Assembly (NCBI GenBank): GCA_000708835.1
Contig: DF237669.1
Location: 1 to 40,749 of the forward strand
Origin: Klebsormidium nitens
Taxonomy: Eukaryota; Plantae; Klebsormidiophyceae
Length of the DNA stretch: 40,749 nucleotides
Direction of reading: 5' to 3'
The position numbers and the translations under genes were made by a program. This document shows positions 9,801 to 21,902 of this stretch, one piece after another. The first letter of the stretch is position 1. The number at the start of each line of letters is the position of its first letter. Under the pieces are notes generated by a model. The model was not told the origin of the DNA, made no database searches, and saw only the letters and a list, made by a program, of their open reading frames with translations.

Positions 9801-12800
9801 AAAGCTCACATGGAAAAGCTCGGCCTCAAGTCCGCATCACATTCTGTGAAGCCCCGACCTCGACAGCGACACGAAGTGCGCCGATCTTCTCCATATACCA
9901 AGCTTCTCGAGCCTATTTGACTGCCACTGGTATGGCAATTTGGACATCTTCAACCTTTCCAAGCGTTCCTAGGAACAAAGAATCCTTTGCAATGCAGCAC
10001 ACGACAACAACGTCACCGCTTTGGACTTCGATGCTTGCTGAAATGCGGCTCATTGTGCGCAGCTCAAAGCGCTCTCTCAGAGATCACCCACGAAATTTAG
10101 ATCAACAAAATTTGTCAGACTAAAAACGTTCCTTCGTTCCTCTTCGCCAAAGATAGTCCCCCCGTGCAGATCCACACCAAAGCCTTTGCTGGAATGGACT
10201 TGAAAACTCTCCCGTGAAAATCTACGGAAGCCGCTAGTATCCGACATCGCAACGCTCAGACCCAGGCGAGAGTTCCGTGATCCTTACTGTGCATCCCTGC
10301 CTCTCAAATCGATCGGTCTGAAAGTCGAAGTAAGAGGGTGGTGGACTCTTTATGAAGAGTTGAAGTGGATTACGATGGCCCTTGACATTCAGCACTTTGA
10401 GACGTTGTCAGATGTCCGAAGCACTCTGGAAAGCTAGACGATGACCAGCAGACCAGCTGATATGCGCTGTGCGCAGACTGGTCAAGCGGTGAACGAGCTC
10501 TATCGTCAAGAGCTGCCAGCGATCAAAGTACATGAGGGCAAGCATACGCTGGAAACGAAGAAGCAAAGAGTTTTCTCATGATGAAACGTCAGAATCTAGC
10601 TCAACGGTGCTGCTCGAGTGGTGCTTGTTCTTCCGATGGGTAAATCACACAGAAAGATAACGGGAAACTGTTGAGTGGACACATCGAGGACTAGCAGGCA
10701 ATTTCGATTGCCTGACTCCGATTGGGTAGAGAGCATATAGGGTTCAACTGGAGACTACTTCTTGGCAAGAAGTTGCCAGCGCAGATAGCATCATCGCCTT
10801 TTTGAATACAACGAGCTGATGTTTCAGTACTCCCAGCTGACACAGAGAAGGAGGATGTTTAAAGAAGCATTGAAGAACCACGTTCTTTGACAAACTTTGA
10901 TTGGATAAGAAAGGTCAAGTAGACATGAAGAAAGCGATGCCTGCACAGAGTTTCCGAGGACTGGCTCTCATGTCATCAGAGCGCTTTTATCCCAGACCTT
11001 TTGAAAAAGCTCTACACAAGTTGAACCAACAAAACTCGTCGACTTGTCAGCTCGAAAGCTGGACTCAGCACTGAAGGCGAACCAAAGCAACTTGAGCGTG
11101 TCGCAATAAGTAATTTTAAAGGAGACGGACGGGTTAAACTTCACTTGGATGTATCTCCCTTCCGTGACCGATTGCAACACTAGAAAGACATATAGCCCTT
11201 GTATCTAGAAAGGACGCCCAAAGGACACAAGAGGCAGCGAAAGAAAGGCCGTCAAATCTCAAGTAATTGCTGCTTGGACTTACGTGCGTGCAAGCGTCCC
11301 TGCAGCCCCTCAAACGATTCCCCGCCTAAGAGCGGTCGTGGAGGCCCAACATCCACTGCCAACCTGCTCTTGTTATACGTCTCCAGCACGGAGTCCATTC
11401 GCACTGCAAGGAGCGCCCTCAGGGGCTCCCAGTTATGCCTGCAGGTGAGGAGAGGCCCCGTGAGATCGCGATGAAATATTGAATGGATTGCAACGACTTG
11501 CGCTGTTTGGTTTTCTGCAGGTCAAGTCCCCCTTGAAGCACGAAGCTTCAATATTGTCCTCGAAGGGCCGCAGAGTCTTTTTCAACTGTGCTTGTTGTGA
11601 CCGAGTAAAGCTGGACCTTCTTTGAGCTCGACTATGTCTGGTTTTGGGAACTCCTCTGAATGGCATAGAGAGGTACTCGAAGTAGCTTTCAGTGTCAACA
11701 CAACTCGGCAGAAAAGGCTTTACTATACGAACTAGGTCTGCGCTACTTCAGGTACCCAAGGCACAAGTTGGACACTTGTTTGGGCTTCGTTCATAACAAC
11801 CGCACCCATACAAGGATCCAAACAAAGACCCATGGAATCCGAGATGCAGGATGGCACTCCCATGAAAAACTAACATCTTTAGTATCTTTTGCAAGTTGTC
11901 AGAAAATCAAGGCCAAAGGCATGGAAACCGGTTTCGAAAGACTGCAATGCCAATTAAGAACACCTACCAGACTTTTCCGGTGGTCGCCACTACCTCCAGT
12001 ATCTCCGTCAGTTCTGGTGTGATCTGGCGGTCTGTGCTCTGGAAGAACTCTGCCAACTTCTCCGCACCAGGGGGGCTGGATTCCACCATAATAAGCCCCC
12101 TGGTTGATTTTGCTCAACCCTGTCCTGCAGATGAAACTTGTTGGGAGATCAAAAGAGATCCATTGAACCATTTCTATTAGACGGGATTAAAGCAGGTTCT
12201 CTGCGAAGCTCGAAACTTTTTAGGGATGATATATGCACAGAGCCTTCAACTCAGAGAGGACTGTGTTCAATGAACTTCAGACACCCAACAGAGGAGCAAA
12301 TCAAGTCGATCAACCTGCAGGCAACGTGCAACCTAGCACTAAGCAAACTGGTTTGGAATCTGAAAGTCTCCAAAAACAGGAATGAAGTTTGTGCAATCAA
12401 AGCGGCAACCTGTCACTTCTCTGCTTCCAGTCTGGCCAACATCAGCACAGTCTGTTTTTGAAGGCTGAATCATCGGTGGTGTGCATTCTTGGCTTCTCCA
12501 GAATGCAAGAATTGTTCACGAAGAAAATCACAAAGAAAATCACGATTGTCGCAGCCTTGCGACAATCGTGTGCAAAAATAAAAACACTTTTGAAATCAAG
12601 GGGCAATTGAAACAACATTTAAAGAAGTACGTCGGACCACCACTTATATAGTGCACCACTGTTGTGGCTCTTTGCGAAGTTTGACCCAGAAACGCACTAA
12701 AAGATTGGTTACTTTGGACAGCGGTCTGATCTACACCACGTCGCAATGGGGATTTTGAGGTACTCCAGGTCTCTCCTTGTGGGGTTTGATCTTCACCAAA

Positions 12801-13500
12801 ATAAGGCTGATATCATGCTTGACTTTATCAAGCAATGAGCAGAAGTCCAGTCTCTTCTCAGGTCACTCAAATACGGTACATGAAGTGAAAAACTGAGAGC
12901 ATCCTCATCATTCAGTGCTGATCAAGAACAGGTGGCAGCAAAAAAACAAGCAAACTAAGAAAGACCGTGCGTTGGTTGGAACTTACCAGGCTATGTCGTC
13001 AACTCCGTTGTTCAACCTCTAGAAGTTGAATTGCACTTGCCGCCGCTTTCTAAGTGCAAATGCTGACTTCAGAATGATACGATGTTATGGACAAAAGTGC
13101 ACCACCAATTACAATGCCTCCAAGTGCAACGGATACTTAAGCTGGTCACAAGATCACAGACGTACTTGCAAGTGCCTTTTCTTGATGATTATTTGGCACT
13201 CTCTTTTGGGGCACAAAGTTTTGAGTGGCATCCTGATTTGCCCCGTCTTTTTCAAATCCCTGTAACTTAAGCACTTGCACAGGGAGTTGGCAAGTGGTAA
13301 AATGCCTGATTGAGAGCTATTTTGTCACTTGCTGCGGAAGCTCGGACAGGCTCAACAAGGTTCTGTGTGCTGCAGCCTGCAGGCTGTCAAAGGGTTGAAC
13401 AGAGAAACAATGCAACGCGCAAGACGACTTTTCCTATTTTCAAATTTTCAGAGCTTTCCTGCAGAGGGGATCTTCATCCACCCCTCGTGTCTTCATCTCG
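6850..13500 (+). pseudogene. Long decayed coding-like region of unknown family
   Basis: Frame +2 from 9326 to 10123 has only two internal stops in ~266 codons. Further protein-like runs occur at 10310-10580 and 12138-12461. An intact-looking 76-bp intron lies at 11445-11520 (GTGAGG...TTTTCTGCAG). Boundaries are approximate. Confidence 0.35.
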
Positions 13501-13974
13501 CCATTTCTGGACTCTGGTAGAGTGAGTACACTGGTTGCCTAACCGTTCCATGAGTTGTTTCGGCGTCGAACCTGTATACCTATCATTTCAATCATGATTT
13601 ATCCTCGATCCTCTTCGACGATAGGCGTTCCGATTCGACACGTGACGGTCTCGTACCTAACTTGATTTCAAATTCTCGAAAGAGCTCGAATGTTTCAAGT
13701 TCGCTTGTTCAGGTCTGCTTTTCCGAGTCTTTGCTGCATGGTCAAACAAACTCCCGCGCATTTCCCCTCCTCAGAAGCAGCAAGACATTCAAGTTGGATT
13801 TCTTGAAGAGGTGCAGCAAGCGGCAAAAAAAGGGGGCAGATTGGACTGCTACTCTGGAGACTTTGTTTGTCCGAAGGCGCTGTCGGAAGCCTGTGTCCTT
13901 GATTCTCAGGAAGGCGCTGAGAATTAAAGTGCGGAGACCTTAGTGCAGATCTGTTCGTCTGCGTGCATCTGACC

Positions 13975-16900
13975 ATGGTGAGACATGCTTTCAGCTTCGC
14001 TTACAGCTTTTAGAGTTGGGATGTTTGCCAGGCGTACTGCTTGCGTGACAGAAAATAAAATTATCACAAGGCAAGGTTGTTGTACCCGCAATACGAGGGT
14101 GGATTGCTGAACGGGAACTTCAATCCTTGTTAGGGAAGCTCAAGTCTTAAGAAAGTAGATCTTGGTTTCCCAAGGCCAGTTACCACTAGTAATCCACTAG
14201 TGATAACCTCTGGATAGGTTGCTAGTTTACATTCATAGCCTGCGATAGCATGCTTTCCTATCCACTGAAGTTGGGGCTGCCGCACTGCTTTGATTCCTCG
14301 TGCTTTGGACTCGCTTTGTGTACTCGGCTTTTCAGCTGTTCAGCTTTATGATAGTAGAGTCTCTTGATGCATGCAGCATGTGTAAATGGCCGTTGTTGAG
14401 GCCTGCTTAGGTTTGACACCTTCATGTCATGGAAAGCTACACCAAGTCAACGTTGTTTTTTGCATCAAGTCAAGTAGCTGGTGCTGAACAGAAGTTTGAG
14501 AAGGTTCAGATGCTGAGCTGTCTGTGGTTCCTGGTAATGGTTGGCCTGGAAGCTTCATGCACTTTAGTGTGTTTCCCCTTGAGCTCTCTGCATGCTCGTT
14601 GGCACTGCTCACAGTCGATCTGCTCTCTACGACGTGCTCTTCAGCAGTTCGCTCGGAAGAAGGCCTTCCGTCAAAGGAAAGGTTCTCTCATTGCCGAAGC
14701 AAGCCTTGTGTGCCTTTCCGAGGATTTTTGTTGGGAGGTCTGTGGCTTGTGGTGAATATGAAGGTCCAAAATATTGCAGATTGGTCGTAGGCTTGACCCA
14801 AGCTGCAGGCATCTGGGGATTTCTCAACAGAAACATGCCCTTTTGTGGTCTGAAGGCCTTGTTTGTAGCACTCTTTTCTTGAGTAGGCTATCTTCACTTC
14901 ATATGTGATTGGATGTTGATTTTAGCAGTGGCTCACTGATGCAGCAGAAACCCTATTGCAGGCCTTTCATTCACGCCTGTAGCTGCCTTGCCTGTATCAT
15001 GAAAGCTGAGTTTTGGAAAGCCGCGGTTGGAGTCATCCTAGTTATGGTGGTTGCAAGCAAAGTAGATTTTCTCGTAAGCCACTGGCGACCATACACATAC
15101 TCATGCAATTTGTTCTACAGGCGCTCGCTGGGCAGACCACTCCTGCAAACGTTCCCAGCTTCAAACTCATCATTGTAGGGGATGGAGGCACAGGCAAGTC
15201 GCTCTCTGCTTTTGTGCTTTATCAGATGCCTAATTCTATGGTTAACCTGCAAGTTGTCAGCACCTTCTATGTGCAGCACTGTTTGCTCTTGAGCTCAGGG
15301 CATAGCACAGGCTAGCAGCACGTTCAGAATGCATAGAGGAAGGTAGCTGTTTAAATTCCACTGTTTTCAATCAGATTGGGACCTCACGGAAGTTGCTGAA
15401 AGTTTCTATGGCGCTTGGTATTTTCTTGGTGTCCAGCAATGAGACGCTTTTGACCATGTAGATCTGGGGTCTGGGGCTTAGGGAGTTTACATTTGAAAGT
15501 ATCCTGCATCGGCCATTATATGTAATTTGTCTGACAACTTTCTGTTTTGTTCGTTCAGGAAAGACCACTTTTGTCAAGCGCCACTTGACGGGGGAGTTTG
15601 AGAAGAGATACGAACGTAAGTCGCTCGGACTTTGTGCTTTCAGAAGATGCCTTGTATTTGTTGGCCATCAGGTTGGCTCTGGTGCATATGACCACCTTCA
15701 GTGCACCTGCGCAGGGTCATGTTGCAGCAAGTTCGCGCAAATATTCATGAAATGGTTTAATTGTTGCCTTTTTGACTTTGCTGCCTGCATAGATCTGACA
15801 TAAGTGGTGCGGGTACAATCTCAAGGTGCTCATGAGAAGTTGAGGCTTCAGGTCGATTGCATCGGAGTTTGGCCATTCCATCTTCCTTAGATGCTCGCAT
15901 CTTCTTTTGTTAATCCAATCCCTGGTGTTAAGGCTTTGGCCACAGGATGTACCCTTGCTTTTGTCATATGCTGATTCTTCCATTCTTTTTCTGCAGCCAC
16001 AATCGGTGTCGAGGTCCACCCGCTCGATTTTTACACAAACTGCGGCCAGATCCGGTTCTACTGCTGGGATACGGCGGGCCAAGAAAAGTTTGGCGGGTTA
16101 AGAGATGGGTACTAGTGAGTATTCAACTAAACTGTTTCGGTTTTTAAGGAAGGAACACTGATTGAATCGTGGCTGATGTTGTCCAATCGATGGGGACACT
16201 TCGGTGTAAAGAATAGCGAGCTCTTGTGCCGTGTGATTCAGGGATGTGGATGGGTTTGCATTCGCACTGCCCGGAGGTCCTCACTTGAACCAAGGATACT
16301 TACTGCCGGAATAGGTAGAGAGCGTAGAGAAACAGGGATTTCCTCAGAGACTGTGCGCATGTTGCGCGTGTGACCCAAGCAGTACTTTTCCAGTTTAGAG
16401 ATACTCGCTGCTTTCAAGGGTTGAAGTGCAGGCTTTGTCAAGCTGACAGTGTTTGTTCGCCGTGCCTGCAGTATCCATGGGCAGTGTGCGATTATCATGT
16501 TTGATGTCACCTCCCGCCTGACCTACAAGAACGTCCCCACCTGGCATCGGGATCTTTGCAGGTGAGCGCTCCATTGCAAAAAACTTCTACCGGAATTCGT
16601 TCAGCGCTTCTCAAGTTTGTCCTTTGCAGATTCTCCCGTGTCCTTTTGGTTGTTGGTCAGCTCTTGTCTCTGTTGGAAATGTTTACACTTGCCAAACGTT
16701 GGTGCTTTGGCTGGAACGGGCTGTCTGACCAGTTACGGTATGGTAATCAGATCAGGGGGTCAATTCTTGGGCAGGGATGAGGCAAGGTGAAAAGGATACC
16801 TCTCGTGTAGGCAGCCGCGTATGGTCTCTCTTGTTCTCAAATATACGAAAAGACCTCACACTTCTAGGTAGTCAACTTCAACAGTTGCGGCTGCCAGCTT

Positions 16901-18296
16901 TTCTTTCGAATCGATGGTTTTGAGCTTTGCTACCTGTTGGAACAGCCTGCAACGAGTAACCTTTCAACTGCTCAATCATGGGAAGAGTGTTCCATGAAGT
17001 GCAGAGGGGAATCCATTCATCTGAAGAACTGCTGTTAAAGTACAGCGGAAATAGTTGGGCTACCTATGCTGCTTGCCTTTGGATCAAACCCCTCTGTTGC
17101 GGATGATTTTATGTCTTGCTCGCCTGCCTGCTCCCTTGAAAACGTTCTGTTTGGTTTTCATCGGAAGCAACCTTTCCAAGGAGTGCCAGTCAGGTTCTGT
17201 GCTGTGTTATTTTAACCGTCCCCCTAAGCATCCCTGCAAGATGTACAAGGAGGTTTTGGGTGTTCTTTGCACTGCTGAGGTGGCCTTGAATCATTCAGCC
17301 TGAGACTGGGCACGCTGCCAGAGCGGACATCACGCTTTTTGCTGACATCATATATACGTCACAGGGTGTCAGCTACACTTCGCATGTTTGTGCGGGCCCT
17401 TCGGTCGACTTGACGATCTGGATCATGTCCCCTCTGATTCTAGCCAAGCCAATGTTGAGTTGTCCAAGCAAAGGTCATGCTCTTATTAATCCCGAATGCT
17501 GACGTCATCTGACCCGTCCCCGCAGGGTCTGCGAGAACATCCCAATCGTGCTGTGCGGGAACAAGGTGGACGTGAAGAACCGGCAGGTGAAGGCGAAGCA
17601 GGTGACGTTCCACAGGAAGAAGAACCTGCAGTACTACGAGATCTCGGCCAAGAGCAACTACAACTTCGAGAAGCCGTACCTCTACCTCGCCAGGAAACTC
17701 GCAGGGTAAGGGGGCCCCTCTGCATCTTCTTCTGCTGCAAATTCCTACGTCTGCCAGTCGTTCGTGTATTTTAGAATGTGTGATGATTGCACCAACGCGT
17801 GTGTTCTTCTGCAGAACTGGCAGTGTTGGGTACACATTGACTAAAGCCTTGTTGGAGCTGTGTTGATCTGCGTTGACCTGTTGCCTCTGGCAGTTGGATG
17901 GTCTTCTGCAAAAGAAATCTCATGTCGATTGATGGAGGACGTCCCGTTTCGACTTTGAGACTTACAAAGTACTTGAGGGACTCACAATTTTCGTGTGCTT
18001 CTGACGTGAATGTTGATTGTCCCATCACTGGTATCTGTTGGGCTAATCACCATTTCTCAGTGAGCCCCGTGTGCCCAGACGTGCAAGAGCTCCCATGCGT
18101 ATTTATGTCTTATTCAAGCTATTCACAAGACCTGTCTGGATTTCACAGTGATCAGACTCTGCACTTCGTGGAGTCCCCGGCTCTGCTCCCCCCGGAGGTT
18201 ACCATCGACTTGGAACAGCAGAAGAAGTACGAGGAGGAGCTTCAAAACGCGGCCAACCAGCCGCTGCCTGATGACGACGAAGACCTGGCTGATTAG
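13975..18296 (+). CDS. RAN: Ran small GTPase, 222 aa, 7 coding exons
   Basis: Exons 13975-13977 (ATG|GTGAGA), 15121-15193, 15559-15615, 15997-16114, 16472-16561, 17526-17705 and 18149-18296, total 669 nt. Motifs GDGGTGKT, WDTAGQE, NKVD, SAK and the acidic tail [11 protein letters not shown]. Confidence 0.97.
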
Positions 18297-18742
18297 ATAC
18301 ATACATGATAGATGGGAAAGGCGCGAAAAGAATGTCGAAAGTAGCTTGTCTTTGCTTTGGGAAAGTGGTGCTCGACTCGCTCAAGGAAGTGGGGACACGC
18401 TCAACCCCGCTTGCTTCGCTATAGGCACCCTAGATTGATGAGAACTCAAGATCGTCTAGTAAACTCATTGCTTGTGAGAACCTGTATCTGTTGCTTGTGC
18501 ATCAAGTTGCTCATGTTACACATTGATAGAAGAAGCACCTTGTCTGGCCTCTGTGTTATGTCATTGCCTATGTACAATCTTCTCACATCGCCCGGCCAGG
18601 TGTGGCTAGATCCGATATTGTGGTAGCACTTGCAAGTTGCTACAGCCTGAAGTGTCCAATGTGACATCAAGTGTATCTTAGCGTAGTCGTTCAATTGAAA
18701 GCTCATGAGCTATATATTCAATGCGGTCAACCATTTGCCCTA

Positions 18743-18872
18743 GGCCCAAGCGCTTGTCAGGATATGACGGTCAGGCCCTGCATAGTCATGGCTATATCGT
18801 CTGCCGATGGTTGCCAGGCCGGCCCCAGCGCTTGTTATAATATGTGAGTCGCGCTGTGCATAGTTGGCTATA
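18743..18872. repeat. Degenerate 78-bp tandem duplication inside a palindrome-rich non-coding block
   Basis: GGCCC(A/C)AGCGCTTGT..ATATG at 18743 and 18821; TGCATAGT..GGCTATA at 18779 and 18857. Confidence 0.65.
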
Positions 18873-20170
18873 GGATCTAGGCCGAGCCAGGCTTGATGCG
18901 GGTCTAGACTGCATGTGTACAGAAGATTTGGCGCGCACCATGAAATCAATGATCGATGCATGCAAGACTTTGTATTGAAGTGACCGCCTAGTCAGTTATA
19001 TTGCATCATGCCCTGCACAATCACCGCACAATTTTGCCATGCAGCCTCGGTGACGCGCATGCCATGACGGCCAGCTAGTAGTGGCCACCTGCCGGTTAAT
19101 GTGCACCGGTTCGTTGACGCGGTTAACTGTCAATGATGCATGCAGATGTATGTCGCGGATGAGAGGGGGCCAGGCCGGGGGTGTGTCACAAGTGACTCAC
19201 TCTCGATTCAAGAACACACTGCGAGCACTGGGCTTTTTACTACAGGACCAAGAGCCGAGCAGAGTCAAAAACAAGTCCAGTGATTCCCACTTGTTGAACT
19301 TCGGAAGAGATGGTTGCCAACACCTAGCGAGCTATAGCTACATGAACTGTAGCTTTTCGCGAGCAGAAATAATGACGATTTACATGTGCGCTCCTATTCT
19401 TTGTCTATGCCGGGATTGTCCAACTGTCTTAAGTACATTTAGCCCAGCGTCACAACAAGTTTCAGAAACTCCTATGCTGGTTGTTTTCAACTGGACCTCA
19501 TTCAGTTTCCACATTTTTGGGCGACACGAACTTCATTCAAAACTCCAACTTGAGAAAGGTAGGCGTAGCGGCTAAGCTCAAATAAAGCTGGTTTCGAGCA
19601 CAACAGAGCAAGCGAATGAAAGATTCAGATATTTCAACGAAACATGAAAGCTTATGCAAAGCATGATAGAATAAATGATTCCCTTCAGTCAAATCTGGAA
19701 ACGTACCTAGGATCGACAAGACCAAGTTTCTAACGATGGTGTACAAAACTGCAGAAGATGGATTCAAAACACATGGCAACGACAACATTCATAAGGACCG
19801 ATAAGCTTTGGAAAAACAGCAACCTTTTGGCGATCCGTTCCCTGATGACGAAGAGAAGTGCCGACGGACGAAGACGCTGGGGGCGATGCAGAGGGCCCCA
19901 TTTGATGCAGGATGGATGCGGAGCGGGACGATAGTATGCAGACAGACGGGGGCGGAGCCGTGCAGTGTAGCCGGCGGAGCCGTGCAGATCGATCCATGGA
20001 GGGCGACCATAGTAGCATTGATGAGGATGCAGAGAAGAAGCTGACGACGATGCAGAGAAGAAGCTGGCCGGCGCAGACGAGCAGACGCCGGAAGCAAGGA
20101 TGACGAGAAGCCTCAAGTGGACGCAGGCGCATGGCGAAGACGATGCAGAGGTCTGACGGGCGACGATGAC

Positions 20171-20224
20171 GTAGAAGTCCGGAGACACACTACCGAAGTC
20201 CGACGACGCACTACCGAAGTCCGA
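20171..20224 (+). repeat. 21-bp tandem repeat (two full copies and one partial)
   Basis: CACTACCGAAGTCCGA at 20188-20203 and 20209-20224; partial GAAGTCCG at ~20174. Confidence 0.75.
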
Positions 20225-21003
20225 TGGAGCACTCCTAAGGCGACGAGCTCTTGTTGAAGAAGCCGACTGAAGTTGTTCTAGGGTACACTGCCGTGATGGT
20301 AAAGATCGCTCTCCCGCTCTGGGAGCCGGCTACAATTGCACCAATCTCTGTTAGACCAAGCAAAACCGAACTGGGCAGCCCCGAATCACGCCTCTTGGCC
20401 CTCCAGCGACCGTACTCTGCAAAAAAGACCAAAAGTGTGGCTTTAGCACTCATCAAAAACCGACCTAATCTGCCAAAACCAAAGTAGCTTCCTTACTCAC
20501 TCAATCACTTCTCTCAAGACTGAGCAACAGTCGCAGCAGTTACCCACACAATATGCAACAGTAGCTAGTTATGAAACTGAACCAATTAGGATCATACTCG
20601 GCACGCGGACTCGGTCGAGGCGCCAAGATCAGCAAGACCCTCTTCCCACCCTGCTACATCCACCTGGATTGCAATTCTCAGAACTGAAGGCGCCGCTACT
20701 CTCAACGACAAATGCCCAGTGGAGGAACTACTTCCAAAGCGGCATGCTGTCCGTTTTTGATCAACCTGCGGTGGCGTGAGGGCCCCTCACTTCGTAGGCT
20801 TGCCTGGTTCAGCTTCGAAACACCATCGAAACCTCGCTTGACAACCTTACACCTGTGGTTATTTACGCTTACTGACACCACAGGTTCCTACTTTGACACT
20901 GAAAAGCTGGGATAAGGAACGCAGCCTTCACAATTCTCCTGGCTTACGAACCAGACAGCATTGAATGACAGCAGATAAGGATGAAACCCCACCCGTTTCC
21001 CCG

Positions 21004-21172
21004 TTAGTCTTGGCTCCTGCGATCCCCATCGTCGCGCTTCCGGTCGTCGTTGCGATCCGGGGGGGGGGAGTCGTCTCTACGGCGACGCGGGGGCGAGTCA
21101 TCCCGATCACGCCGGGGGAGTGAGTCGTCCCTGTCACGCCGCGGGGGGGGAGAGCGGGAACGGCGGGGGGGG
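21004..21172 (-). CDS. Alternative terminal coding exon of the RSZ gene (RS/RD-rich)
   Basis: Acceptor GTCTCCAG| at 21173. Phase 2 matches the exon 3 donor and gives SPPRRSRSPPPRRDRDDSLPRRDRDDSPPRRRRDDSPPPDRNDDRKRDDGDRRSQD*. Confidence 0.65.
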
Positions 21173-21902
21173 CTGGAGACGTGACACGTGGCTGCACAAG
21201 AGGAGGGGCGCTGATGAGTAAGTTGCTCCAGCGAAGTGGATGTAACGCGACTTGGATGCGTCGTCCCTCTTTAGGGACCAGAACGTCCAGGAGTTCTCAC
21301 TGGCGACAAAGCTCTGACGTTCACATAAAAGCTTGAAAACGGGACAATTCCTAGAGACGGAATTGACGTGCCTCCAAGGAATTTCGAGTGAAAAAAGGGA
21401 AGAACGGAAATCTCAAACCCTTTGAAAACTTCGATCAAGCAATCGAAGCAATTGTTACCCCTCGTCCAGGTTGAAACTTCGCGACTAGGAGGCTTAAAGA
21501 TGTACAGGACGTGTACAGGACGGGGCTGAACTGTCGGTTGTTAAAACCACGTTTGCCTGCCCCTGGAGTCTTAGCAGCTCTACAAAGAGCTTCTTAAAGA
21601 ACCGCAGAAACTCGCCAGCAACCTGCATACTCTCAGCTTCTTTCAACAACACTCTTCCCTGCTCAAACAAAAGAATACTCGCAAATGATAGCAGTTTCGG
21701 AAAAGAAAAACTGGGTAAGAAAGACCAGGTTTCTTTGCGCTGAAAGAGTGAGTTATTAACGAATGGAACCTACCTGCCCAGATTGGGACTTAGCGAGCAG
21801 AGACTCGGCAGGGGAGGGAGAGAAAAGAGAAGCCTACAGTTTCTGTGCTGCAACTAGGTATGGGATGTAGACACTGTGCACCTACCTGCCCAAATTGGGA
21901 CT

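Noticed and set aside
13672-13691. Gap-type heat-shock element upstream of Ran
   Set aside because: Only nine fixed bases; about 0.3 hits are expected by chance in the window, with no supporting copies.
14927-15315. Weak exon echoes in Ran introns (14927-14985 resembling the exon 2 start; GCACAGGC at 15305)
   Set aside because: Similarity is too short to separate from chance by eye; kept only as test cases for the genome-wide analysis.
4306-19306. Exact 16-mer TTGTTGAACTTCGGAA at 4306 and 19291
   Set aside because: Roughly 0.2-0.4 such matches are expected by chance in 40 kb, and the flanks do not extend the match.
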